This document shows, piece by piece, positions 36,336 to 45,149 of a DNA stretch of 64,000 nt; position 1 is the stretch's first letter; the number at the start of each line of letters is the position of its first letter. Source of the DNA: an uncultured bacterium (GTDB lineage: Bacteria > Hydrothermota > UBA3072); assembly GCA_964606065.1 (NCBI GenBank), contig CAZSEX010000001.1:112429-176428 (forward strand), given 5' to 3'. The notes under the pieces are model-generated. The model was not told the DNA's origin. It ran no database searches and saw nothing but the letters and a program-made list of their open reading frames with translations. The translations under genes were made by a program, and so were the position numbers.

Positions 36336-38535
36336 TGGTGAACAACAAAGTCGCAATCGAGATATTCCTTCCTCTGATAAATGAATCCGGCTTAAAAACG
36401 AAATTTACTTTATGGCTTCCCTCCGGAACGGGTACAGCTTTAAAAGCCACAAAGGCTTTTATTATTTTTTCTTCTCTACCATCGATATAGGCTTTCCACC
36501 CGGGATAAAAGTGTTCACTTAAAAAAAGTATGGCTTTCCGGGTCGAATTTGTTTTTAATAGAATAGAATTCTCATTGTATTCAGTAATTTGTACGGAATC
36601 TTTCACTTCGGTTACATCCTTCCTGTCCGGAAAAGGTTTTTCGTCTAAAATTATTTTTTCCCTGTAATTAAAATTGCCGTTGTTGAGTAACTCAAAAACC
36701 TCGTTTTTATCCTTTGCAACCAGATAATTATAATAAAACTTTACTCTTGGTAAATAATTTTCCCTCTCAAGTAAAAATATTTTTCCTTCGTTTTCTGCCA
36801 ATGTATATTTAACGTTATAAAGATCAAAACGAACGTTTTGATTAAGTGTTTCGGACATTATATTGAAATCCATTAGCTTGAGAGGCATAAGTCCCTGGAG
36901 AGTATAAAATTTATGTACACATCCTATATTTCTCGGGAAAACCAAACCCAGGTTCTTAATTCGCAGGTTAGTTCTATAATATTCCGATCCCTGTCTTGCA
37001 AAAAAACTTACCGGTTCACTTCTGATAAAGTAATCTTCCGGTTTGATGCTTCCCTCAAAAACTCCAAAGCAAGCCAGAAATAAATCAACAAAAACGAAAA
37101 GCGAAAGTACAATCGGCATACACTTAAGATTTTTTAGCTTCTCGAAATGAAAAAATATCAGCGCTGTAGACAATATAACAATTAAACTGATAAAAGAATA
37201 TTCTCTCGCGATATTAAAACTTCTGTAACTATCAAAAGCTTCTCTGAATAATCCTGCGACAAATAAAAGTATAAAAAAAGCAAAAACAAGTAGCAAAATT
37301 AATATTTTTTTTGTTACTCTTTTTTCCACTGGATTTGTTAACATGTTTTTTATCCCGTAACCGGCAAGGATTATCATCGAAAAGTTAAAGATATAGATAA
37401 ATCTTGCGGGGCACCTGAATTTATGAAAAACAGGTGTTAAATAAACCAGATAATAAGCAAAGCCGTATTTGCCGAGTGCGAACAATATGGAAAGCAACGC
37501 GGCTATAGCAAAAAAACCGATTTTGAAATTCCTGTCGCGTAGCAAGGCATTTACGGCAAAAACAAGCGGTAATATCCCGAGATATATCGCCATTTCCCAG
37601 GTCGAATAATAAGGCATCTTTATCCAGGAATCATTGACGAGAGGAGATGGATTCCCAAAAAACTTTGGTATAAGAATATTAATAAATCTCAACGGATGAA
37701 AAGAAACATCTGTGGCAAGATTATAATTCCATCCTACCGCTCTTGTTGCAATTTCCGTAAATTCTATAGAAGGTAGCAACTGAATGGCAAATAAACCGAC
37801 ACCGATGATAAACATAGTAATACTCTGTAATATTAAATAAAAGCTATTTTTAATATTTTTTTTAATAAAGACTTCTTTGATTACATGTGAAAGTATGTAT
37901 AGGGAAACAAGAGAAAAACCCATAAGAGCAAAATGAGGAAAACCCGTGTATAGATTCAAAGCTATTACAATTCCTCCAAATACAGTGAAAAGCCAATTTT
38001 TTTTCTCAATTAGATGAAGGACAATCAAAAAAAGCAATGGCAGCCATATCATTGATTCCAAAACAACCGGCTGGACAGATCGGTAAACTAATTGAGGAAG
38101 CATGACATATATAAGAGAACAAAAGAAAGCTGAAAATTTATGGTTGAGTAATTTTTTCGTAAATAGAAACATAAAGATACCGCCTAAATAGACATGTATA
38201 ATTGTTATCAATTGAAGCGCTCTTGAAGAGAGCATACCCTTGTAAATAAAAGGTGTTAAAAGTAAGTTAAACGGATAAAGTGTCGACGATTGAACATCGG
38301 CTTGAAAAACCGTTCCGCCAGTTAGGAATGGATTCCACAGAGGAAACACTCCTTTACTTAAAGAGCTTGCCGCCAAATGTCTATACGGATACCAGAGAAA
38401 AAGAGCATCATCCCAGAAAAAAGTTTTGCCTATTAATACTCTAAAGTAAAGAAATACTATTGGAGCAACCAGAAATAGCAGATACAGCCAATCGGGGTAT
38501 TTTTCTGATTGCTTAAAAGTCAACTGATTTTCCAT
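36289..38535 (-). CDS. YfhO-family polytopic membrane protein (predicted polyprenyl-phosphate-sugar-dependent glycosyltransferase)
   Basis: 748 aa, N-terminal FFWDDALFLWYPYRHL...PLWNPFLTGGTVFQAD. About 13 TM helices plus a C-terminal extracytoplasmic domain. Overlaps the GT2 gene upstream. Confidence 0.6.
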   Translation of the reverse strand: MENQLTFKQSEKYPDWLYLLFLVAPIVFLYFRVLIGKTFFWDDALFLWYPYRHLAASSLSKGVFPLWNPFLTGGTVFQADVQSSTLYPFNLLLTPFIYKGMLSSRALQLITIIHVYLGGIFMFLFTKKLLNHKFSAFFCSLIYVMLPQLVYRSVQPVVLESMIWLPLLFLIVLHLIEKKNWLFTVFGGIVIALNLYTGFPHFALMGFSLVSLYILSHVIKEVFIKKNIKNSFYLILQSITMFIIGVGLFAIQLLPSIEFTEIATRAVGWNYNLATDVSFHPLRFINILIPKFFGNPSPLVNDSWIKMPYYSTWEMAIYLGILPLVFAVNALLRDRNFKIGFFAIAALLSILFALGKYGFAYYLVYLTPVFHKFRCPARFIYIFNFSMIILAGYGIKNMLTNPVEKRVTKKILILLLVFAFFILLFVAGLFREAFDSYRSFNIAREYSFISLIVILSTALIFFHFEKLKNLKCMPIVLSLFVFVDLFLACFGVFEGSIKPEDYFIRSEPVSFFARQGSEYYRTNLRIKNLGLVFPRNIGCVHKFYTLQGLMPLKLMDFNIMSETLNQNVRFDLYNVKYTLAENEGKIFLLERENYLPRVKFYYNYLVAKDKNEVFELLNNGNFNYREKIILDEKPFPDRKDVTEVKDSVQITEYNENSILLKTNSTRKAILFLSEHFYPGWKAYIDGREEKIIKAFVAFKAVPVPEGSHKVNFVFKPDSFIRGRNISIATLLFTIILFVFSLTNYKKKP

Positions 38536-39227
38536 TTTAGATATAGAAGTCCCTTTATGGTGCGCAGGGTTTCCTTCAGGGGATTTACGCTTGTTTCTCC
38601 TCCTGTTCTGGGGTAATGTTTGACGGGAAAATCGACAATTTTAAACCCAAGTTTAGTTGCTTTAGCAAGAATTTCTGTTTCCACCATAAAATTCGAACTT
38701 TCTATTTTGATTTGCTTTAATTTTTCCTTTCTAAACAATTTAAACGCGCATTCAATATCTCCGGCTTTAATTCCCAGAAAAACTCTGGCGATAAGATTAT
38801 AAATATCGGAAGCAAACTTTCTGAAAGGGGAGATAGACTTGTTTGTTCTAAAACCGGAAACAATATCGGCTTTATCTATCAGTTTCTTTAGACCTTTGAT
38901 ATCTTCTATGTTATACTGATTATCCGCGTCCGTATAAAAAATGTATTTCCCTTCCGCGTTTTTAAAGCCGGTATTTAAAGCTGCGGCTTTGCCTCTATTT
39001 GTTTTATGGGATATAAGAAAAACCTCTGAATTTTTATTCGTTAATCTTTTAACTATGTTTGACGTGTTGTCGTTACTCGCGTCATCTACTACGATGACCT
39101 CAAATCGTTTAAAGTATCTTTTGCCAACCTTCACAGACTCAGTGATGGCTTTTTCAATATTTTCCGCTTCGTTATATGCGGGGATTACTATGGATAGTTC
39201 GGGATTCTGCTCTCTTTTTCTTTTCAT
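38520..39227 (-). CDS. Family 2 glycosyltransferase, polyprenyl-phosphate sugar synthase type (GtrB/CsbB-like)
   Basis: LSIVIPAYNEAENI, VIVVDDASNDNT, DADNQY. Confidence 0.85.
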   Translation of the reverse strand: MKRKREQNPELSIVIPAYNEAENIEKAITESVKVGKRYFKRFEVIVVDDASNDNTSNIVKRLTNKNSEVFLISHKTNRGKAAALNTGFKNAEGKYIFYTDADNQYNIEDIKGLKKLIDKADIVSGFRTNKSISPFRKFASDIYNLIARVFLGIKAGDIECAFKLFRKEKLKQIKIESSNFMVETEILAKATKLGFKIVDFPVKHYPRTGGETSVNPLKETLRTIKGLLYLKWKIS

Positions 39228-39258
39228 ACAACCATAATATAAAAAATAGATTACTATG

Positions 39259-39761
39259 TCAAGATTTTAAATTATTATTATTAAAGTTCAATTGTGTTCG
39301 CTGATTTGCACCATGTTTAAAAGATAACGCATTTGGGGGACGCGCCTTGATACACTCACCACACCTGATGCAATCCACAGATTCCGGGACTAAGGTAAAT
39401 TTATTGAAAATACCGTAGATGGCTCCCAGAGGGCAGGCGAAACGGCAAAAGGGTTTTTGATAAATATTGAAAGACATAAATATTACCACATCGCCATTTT
39501 GATAAGAAAAAAAACACCGATAAGAGTTCTGAGGGTGGAATACAATAAAAGCATTGGAGTGCCTCCTTCCATCCTTCTGCCGGGCACAATTTGCAAAATT
39601 ATGGTTAGGTTATAAAAGTTTTTATCCTGTAAAGTATTTCCTGTAAAAATCCGAAAGTACAAATCCGTCCGGTATACTAATCTTCCCAGGAGTATTCCTA
39701 AAAATCCCGTAAAGCCTGATACGTAAATCGGAAAATTCCTGGCACCGGTAAAATTTTGCAT
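39259..39761 (-). pseudogene. NapH/MauN-like membrane 4Fe-4S binding protein, frameshifted (three overlapping frames) and probably truncated
   Basis: Frame A carries KPFCRFACPLGAIYG and CIRCGECIKARP ferredoxin motifs. Frames B and C carry TM segments. The frames join across an A8/T8 homopolymer at 39508-39515. Confidence 0.4.
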
Positions 39762-39899
39762 AGACTCGAGAGGGCGCGAAAAACGGGGCGACTCGATTTT
39801 CTGTGGTTCGTTTTTTCGGGATACGCTGTGTTGTTTGCCTTTACGCAGTTAGCCGTAGAAAAGAAAAGTTATAAAAAAAAGAATTTTATTCAAATGTTT

Positions 39900-40133
39900 C
39901 TATCTTATATTTAAAAATCTTCTCAGTTTGCCCTCGTCAAAACCGACTACTTTGTGGTTTCCAAAAAGTATAACCGGAACTCCTGTCTGACCGGTTTTTC
40001 TTTTCAGTTCTTTCGCGGCTTCGGGATATCTCGATACATTTATTTCTTTGAATTTGATGCCGTGTTCTTTTAAAAATTTCTTTACCCGCATGCAATATGG
40101 GCAACTGGAGCTTGTATAAACTTTTATGGTCAT
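39900..40133 (-). CDS. Glutaredoxin
   Basis: KVYTSSSCPYCMRVKKFLKEHGIKFKEINV...GVPVILFGNHKVVGFD. Confidence 0.85.
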   Translation of the reverse strand: MTIKVYTSSSCPYCMRVKKFLKEHGIKFKEINVSRYPEAAKELKRKTGQTGVPVILFGNHKVVGFDEGKLRRFLNIR

Positions 40134-41089
40134 TTTATTCCTTCAAGAAATTTATACGCTTCATGTCCGGCTATAGCACCGTCCCCGACGGAAGTTGCTA
40201 TCTGTCGCAGAGGGGTGTTTCTTACGTCACCCGCGGCAAAAACCCCATTAACCGAGGTCCTCAAGCGTTCATCCGTAACGATAAAACCCCTATCGTCCAA
40301 TTCTAAACTGTCTTTGATTAATTCGTTATTTGGGACTTCGCCGGCATAAATGAAAGCACCTTTTACCTCAAGTTTTTTTATTTCTCCGTTTGTTATATTT
40401 TTTATTTCTACGCTGTTTAACATTTTTTCTCCGCTAAAACCCACTACGCAATGAGAAACCAGCAGGTCTATTTTATCAGCTTCTTTTAACCTGTCTACAA
40501 GTATGGGCTCCGCTGTGGAGTGGTCGAGCAGTTCGACTATGGTTATATGTTTTGCGAACCTTGAAAGATAAAGAGACTCCTGAACCCCGGAATTTCCCGC
40601 CCCGATCACGGTAATATTTTCTCCTTCAAAAAAGGGTGCGTCGCAGGTTGCACAAAAAGAGATGCCTTTATGCGTGAACTCTTCTTCACCGGGCACGCCT
40701 AATTTCTTGGTGGAAGTACCTGTAGCCAGGATAATGCTATCGGAAGAATAAGCACCGCTGGAGGTTTCTATTAGAAAGGGCTTATCATTTAATTTTAATC
40801 CAATGACTTCTTCAGTTAGGATTTTGGCTCCGAATTTTTCGGCGTGTTTAGCATATAAAGATCCCAGTTTTTCTCCGGCTATTCCCTCCGCGAAACCAGG
40901 ATAGTTCTCGATTTTTTCTACATTAACAACATATCCGCCGGGGACGACTTTTTCGAATACCGCGGTCTCTACTTTAGATCTGCCTAAATAGATAGCTGCG
41001 GCCAAACCGGCTGGTCCGCTGCCTATTATAGCCGCGGAATAATGTTTCTTTTTGCTGTCGTTACCGGTTTTTATAATAGAAAAATCCAT
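40130..41089 (-). CDS. trxB: Thioredoxin-disulfide reductase
   Basis: IIGSGPAGLAAAIYLGRS FAD site, CATCD redox motif, VIGAGNSGVQESLYL NADPH site. Confidence 0.9.
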   Translation of the reverse strand: MDFSIIKTGNDSKKKHYSAAIIGSGPAGLAAAIYLGRSKVETAVFEKVVPGGYVVNVEKIENYPGFAEGIAGEKLGSLYAKHAEKFGAKILTEEVIGLKLNDKPFLIETSSGAYSSDSIILATGTSTKKLGVPGEEEFTHKGISFCATCDAPFFEGENITVIGAGNSGVQESLYLSRFAKHITIVELLDHSTAEPILVDRLKEADKIDLLVSHCVVGFSGEKMLNSVEIKNITNGEIKKLEVKGAFIYAGEVPNNELIKDSLELDDRGFIVTDERLRTSVNGVFAAGDVRNTPLRQIATSVGDGAIAGHEAYKFLEGIK

Positions 41090-41734
41090 TTATTCTAAAG
41101 CTTCCTTGATTTTGTCAAGAAACATCTTTGGTGGCATGTTTCCCACAAAACTTTTTTTATCGTTAACGATTATATGAGGTACACTCGAAACCTCGTATTT
41201 TATTGAGAGTTCCTGGAAATAATTGGCATCGACCATAGAAGCTTTTACGTTTTTATTTGCCAGAGAAAGCTGATGCGCGGTTCTGACAGCACCCGGGCAG
41301 TAAGGACAACTAAGGGTTATAAAGACTTTTATATCCACGGGTTCTTTAATTTCCTGTGAACCTTTTACAACATCTTCAGGCAACGAAAGGTTGTCTGAAC
41401 CCATATCTTTTATTCCTTCTATCAGGGAAACAAATTCATGCCCCGCCGGAACTCCGTAAAAATTTATAAATCCGTTTCTTTCTGATTTTACTTTTATCGA
41501 GGGGCAAAGAGTTAACCCTTCAATTCTCATCCTATCCGAGTCACCACAATTTTCAACTGTAAGAGACAAATTATCATTAAGCGACGCAAGTTCTTCCAAC
41601 AATTTAATCGTCTGTTTCGAATACTCGGATTCGTTTTTTTCTCTTTTTAAATAGAGGAGGTTGACTTCTCTTTTTAAGTTCTTGCCAAACTCTTCTTTCA
41701 AGTATTTCCTATCTTCTTCGCTTATTAAACTCAT
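41090..41734 (-). CDS. Thioredoxin-fold protein disulfide oxidoreductase-like (glutaredoxin-like domain protein)
   Basis: FITLSCPYCPGAVRTAHQL...SVPHIIVN in the C-terminal unit, and an N-terminal thioredoxin-like unit without CxxC. Operonic with trxB and grx. Confidence 0.5.
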   Translation of the reverse strand: MSLISEEDRKYLKEEFGKNLKREVNLLYLKREKNESEYSKQTIKLLEELASLNDNLSLTVENCGDSDRMRIEGLTLCPSIKVKSERNGFINFYGVPAGHEFVSLIEGIKDMGSDNLSLPEDVVKGSQEIKEPVDIKVFITLSCPYCPGAVRTAHQLSLANKNVKASMVDANYFQELSIKYEVSSVPHIIVNDKKSFVGNMPPKMFLDKIKEALE

Positions 41735-41867
41735 TTTCCCTCCTATTTGTCGAAAATATATATGTAGGGTTAAAAGTCAAGAGGTAACGTTGTAATTACC
41801 TCAAATTCGGGGTTTCGGATTTAGAATATAGGATTTAGCGGAAAAATAAAGTCGAAAAGCTGGCAGT

Positions 41868-41912
41868 AAAAATTAGAATAAAAACAGAAACTTTGCGTTT
41901 TTTACGGCTTTG
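41868..41912 (+). repeat. Partial copy of the 146-bp element (cagtaaaaat...ctttgcgtttttta)
   Basis: ggcagtaaaaattagaataaaaacagaaactttgcgttttttacgg, compared with 51419-51452 gacagtaaaaatctttgcgttttttgtg. Confidence 0.45.
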
Positions 41913-42001
41913 TTAGCAGGTTGTAATATCGAACGTTAAAAACAAAAAATAAATTTTTTTATCTGTGCTTTCAGTGTTCCCGTGTACCTGTGTGGAGAAG
42001 T

Positions 42002-42808
42002 TTATTTATTGTTGATTTTATCCGCGATTTTTTTCAAAGCCTTTGTGGCGGAAGAATCGGGAAAATTCTCAACGTAAAGTATTCCTTGATCCGCTGCTTT
42101 AACTATTTCCGGATCTATAGGAATTGCTCCTAAAAACGGTATTCCCATTTTTTTTGCGAGCTTTTCGCCTCCGCCTATTTTGAATAAGGGAATTTCTTTT
42201 CCGCAATAAGGACATATAAGACCGCTCATGTTTTCCACTATACCGAGTAATTCCAGATTCAATTTGCGGGCAAAATCTATAGATTTTTTCACATCCAGGA
42301 TTGAAATTTCCTGGGGAGTCGTTACTATGATAGCGCTGCTCGCGGGTACCAGTTGCGCCATTGATAGCGGTTCATCCCCCGTGCCTGGGGGGGAGTCGAC
42401 AATCAGCCAGTCGAGTTTGCCCCAATTAATATCCTTAAGAAACTGCCTAATTACTTTCATTTTTAAAGGTCCTCTCCAGATTACAGCCTGGTTTTCTTCT
42501 GGCAGCAAAAACGCCATGGAAACAAGCTTGAGATTTTCCGATATTCGAACCGGCTCGATTCTGTTTTCTCCGGGACTTTGAAGTCTTTCTTTATCTACAC
42601 CTAACATCTTGGGAAGATTAGGTCCATGGATATCAATGTCCAGCAAACCTATTTTTTTGCCCTTTTCGGCTAAAGCCAGCGCTAAATTGCTGGCGACTGT
42701 GCTCTTACCAACACCGCCTTTGCCGCTAATTACCATTACAACTTTATTTATTTCACCTAAATTCTTTTTTATCGCTTCGTTTTGGTCACCTATATCCGTG
42801 TTTTGCAT
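42002..42808 (-). CDS. mrp: Mrp/NBP35/ApbC-family Fe-S cluster carrier ATPase
   Basis: VISGKGGVGKSTVASNLALALAEKG P-loop, CPYCG cluster-binding CxxC. Confidence 0.9.
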   Translation of the reverse strand: MQNTDIGDQNEAIKKNLGEINKVVMVISGKGGVGKSTVASNLALALAEKGKKIGLLDIDIHGPNLPKMLGVDKERLQSPGENRIEPVRISENLKLVSMAFLLPEENQAVIWRGPLKMKVIRQFLKDINWGKLDWLIVDSPPGTGDEPLSMAQLVPASSAIIVTTPQEISILDVKKSIDFARKLNLELLGIVENMSGLICPYCGKEIPLFKIGGGEKLAKKMGIPFLGAIPIDPEIVKAADQGILYVENFPDSSATKALKKIADKINNK

Positions 42809-42833
42809 TTGATCTCCTTGTTAAACGTTGTTT

Positions 42834-43637
42834 TTATTTTTGCTGCTTTTTATCAAGTGATAATTTTATTTTCGTTCCGCATCCCGAACCAATGAAATTT
42901 TTTCCCCATGCTTCTTTGAATAATTCTGTTGCTTTTTCGCCTGTGCAATGTGAAGGAGCAATTTTTTTAACTTTCAAACTTTTTAATTCACTTACGATTT
43001 TTTTAATTGTACTTTCAGATGAAGAATAAAGATGGAATCCTCCGAGAATCATATAGATATTTTTCTTAAAATAATTGTTAACAAAACTCGCAATATTCAC
43101 TATTCCCGGGTGAGAGCAACCGGTGAGCACGACAAGACCTTCCGGTGTATCGATGATGAGAGATTGTTCCTTTATTGATGTCCCTAATTCTCCGGTCGAC
43201 CAAACGTTTTCGCATATCTTTAGAGGGTCCTTTACGGTTACTATTTTTCCTGTTTTGCTCTTTACGTTGTTTTTAAAATCATCAGGGAAAGAGGCAGGAA
43301 GGTAAACTGTGACCTTATTGTTTTTTTTAAGGAAAGAGTAAAGACCTCCTACATGGTCGTAATGAATATGCGATAAAATCACTAACTCGACTCTCGCAGG
43401 ATCGATTTTTAGTTTTTCCATGTTAGACAAAAGAATAGAGCCATCACCACCGGTGTCGAACATTATAGTTTTTTCAACCCCTTCAATAAAAAAAGATATA
43501 CCCCAGGCTGTTTTCAAGTTTTCGTTAAACGGAACGTTATTATAGATCCCGGTTATAGTAATTTCCTTTGCGCTGCCCAAATGTGAGAATGCGCAAAACA
43601 GTGTGAAAACCATTATAGTTTTAAATATTTTATACAT
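42834..43637 (-). CDS. Secreted MBL-fold metallo-hydrolase
   Basis: Signal peptide, ILSHIHYDHVGG metallo-beta-lactamase motif. Confidence 0.7.
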   Translation of the reverse strand: MYKIFKTIMVFTLFCAFSHLGSAKEITITGIYNNVPFNENLKTAWGISFFIEGVEKTIMFDTGGDGSILLSNMEKLKIDPARVELVILSHIHYDHVGGLYSFLKKNNKVTVYLPASFPDDFKNNVKSKTGKIVTVKDPLKICENVWSTGELGTSIKEQSLIIDTPEGLVVLTGCSHPGIVNIASFVNNYFKKNIYMILGGFHLYSSSESTIKKIVSELKSLKVKKIAPSHCTGEKATELFKEAWGKNFIGSGCGTKIKLSLDKKQQK

Positions 43638-43750
43638 TTCTTTAAACTCCTCTAAAATTAACTATAAACTTATAATCGCTTTTGTCAATGGAATCCCCTT
43701 GACATAATTTGATTATTAATTATTCTTACAAACAAGCAAAAGGAGGCTAA

Positions 43751-44260
43751 ATGAACAGAATTACTCTAAGAATTCTCGATGTACTTATAATTATTGCCTT
43801 TTTGGGTTTATTGTATATTTTAATTGAACCACAGTATAAAAACGCGAAAATAGTCGCCAAAGAAAGAAAATTACAATCAAATATGTATACTGTCAGAGCC
43901 GCAATAGAAAGGTATAGAGCCTTTAATATGGAAAAGATCCCCTATTCATTAGATACGATATATTCACAAATCGAAGTTCTTGAAGTTCCGTTAAATCCTT
44001 ACACGGAGAATAAAATGGGGCTATCCGATCTAAATAAATTCTTATACGATGTTCCCTCTCAAATCGAAAGTACCGATACCAGCGGTTATCATGCGGATTT
44101 GCGGGGAAATCCGGGAGAAATAATGATCGGTTTTTTAATAGACGTTGCAAAAGAAGATACAATAGCCAGAAGTTACGGTATGATAGGATTTAATGGAGAA
44201 GGCAAACCGCTTACGATAACAGAAGGAGAAAAAGTCAGAATAGTAGTGATCGAAGAATAA
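43751..44260 (+). CDS. Hypothetical N-terminally anchored protein with pseudopilin-like N-terminal helix
   Basis: RITLRILDVLIIIAFLGLLYILIEP hydrophobic helix followed by AKIVAKERKLQSNMYTVRAAIERY (GspG-like pattern) but lacking the G-F-T-L-I-E prepilin site. sigma70-like promoter TTGACA-N16-TATTCT at 43705-43733. Confidence 0.35.
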   Translation: MNRITLRILDVLIIIAFLGLLYILIEPQYKNAKIVAKERKLQSNMYTVRAAIERYRAFNMEKIPYSLDTIYSQIEVLEVPLNPYTENKMGLSDLNKFLYDVPSQIESTDTSGYHADLRGNPGEIMIGFLIDVAKEDTIARSYGMIGFNGEGKPLTITEGEKVRIVVIEE

Positions 44261-44270
44261 GTGTAAATGT

Positions 44271-45149
44271 TTGGAACTTTTAAATCCTGAAGTTTTAGAA
44301 AAAATCAGAACCCTGAATCTCAGGGCAAAAATAATAGTTAAGGGTTTTTTAACCGGTTTACATGAAAGTCCGTATCATGGTTTTTCTCTGGAATTTAAAC
44401 AACATCGCCCATACTATCAGGGAGACCCTATTAATAGAATTAACTGGAAATTGTACGCTAGAACCGAGCGGTTTTATTTAAAGAAGTATCGAGCTGAGAC
44501 GAACTTGTCCGCGTTTTTGCTGTTGGATAAAAGTAATTCTATGAATTTCGGGAAAGAAATTTCTAAATTTTATTACGCCCGTACACTTGCAGCTTCTCTT
44601 GCTTATTTATTGCTCCAGCAGAATGATTCAGTGGGGTTGGTTCTTTTTGATTCCGAAATAGAATCTTTTATACCCGCAAGAAGCCAGACAAATCATCTAA
44701 AGCATTTATTGGGGGCTCTTAGCAGAAATGAACCATCGGGGAAAACTTCTATTTCCAATGTAATTTTTCAATTGCTCCCTTTAATTAAAAAAAGAAGTCT
44801 TTTCATCTTGTTTTCCGATTTACTTGAAGAACCGGAAAAAGTTATTAAAAATATTAATGTAATGAAAGCGAAAAAGCATGAGATTATTGTTTTTCACATT
44901 CTCGACAGAGAAGAACTGGATTTTTCTTTTCGCGGCGAATCTATGTTTAAAGATATGGAGGATTCGAAAACCGTTCAGGTAGATCCTGAAAACCTGCGAG
45001 GTATATATAGAAGTAAGTTAGATCGATTTCTTTCAACCTACAGGAACGGTTTCGCCCCTTCACGTGTCGATTATTTTCAGGTGGTCACTGATGTTCCATA
45101 TGATAGAGTGCTTACGGAATACCTGGAAAAGAGGAAGAGACTTTCATGA
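44271..45149 (+). CDS. DUF58 domain protein (MoxR/vWA-associated)
   Basis: HESPYHGFSLEFKQHRPYYQGDPINRINWKLYARTERFYLKKY. Confidence 0.75.
   Translation: MELLNPEVLEKIRTLNLRAKIIVKGFLTGLHESPYHGFSLEFKQHRPYYQGDPINRINWKLYARTERFYLKKYRAETNLSAFLLLDKSNSMNFGKEISKFYYARTLAASLAYLLLQQNDSVGLVLFDSEIESFIPARSQTNHLKHLLGALSRNEPSGKTSISNVIFQLLPLIKKRSLFILFSDLLEEPEKVIKNINVMKAKKHEIIVFHILDREELDFSFRGESMFKDMEDSKTVQVDPENLRGIYRSKLDRFLSTYRNGFAPSRVDYFQVVTDVPYDRVLTEYLEKRKRLS

Noticed and set aside
43751-44260. Type IV pilin / T2SS pseudopilin annotation
   Set aside because: The N-terminus lacks the G-F/M-T-L-I/L-E prepilin peptidase site (there is RITLRI instead of GFTLIE, with no Glu at +5). I report it only as pilin-like.
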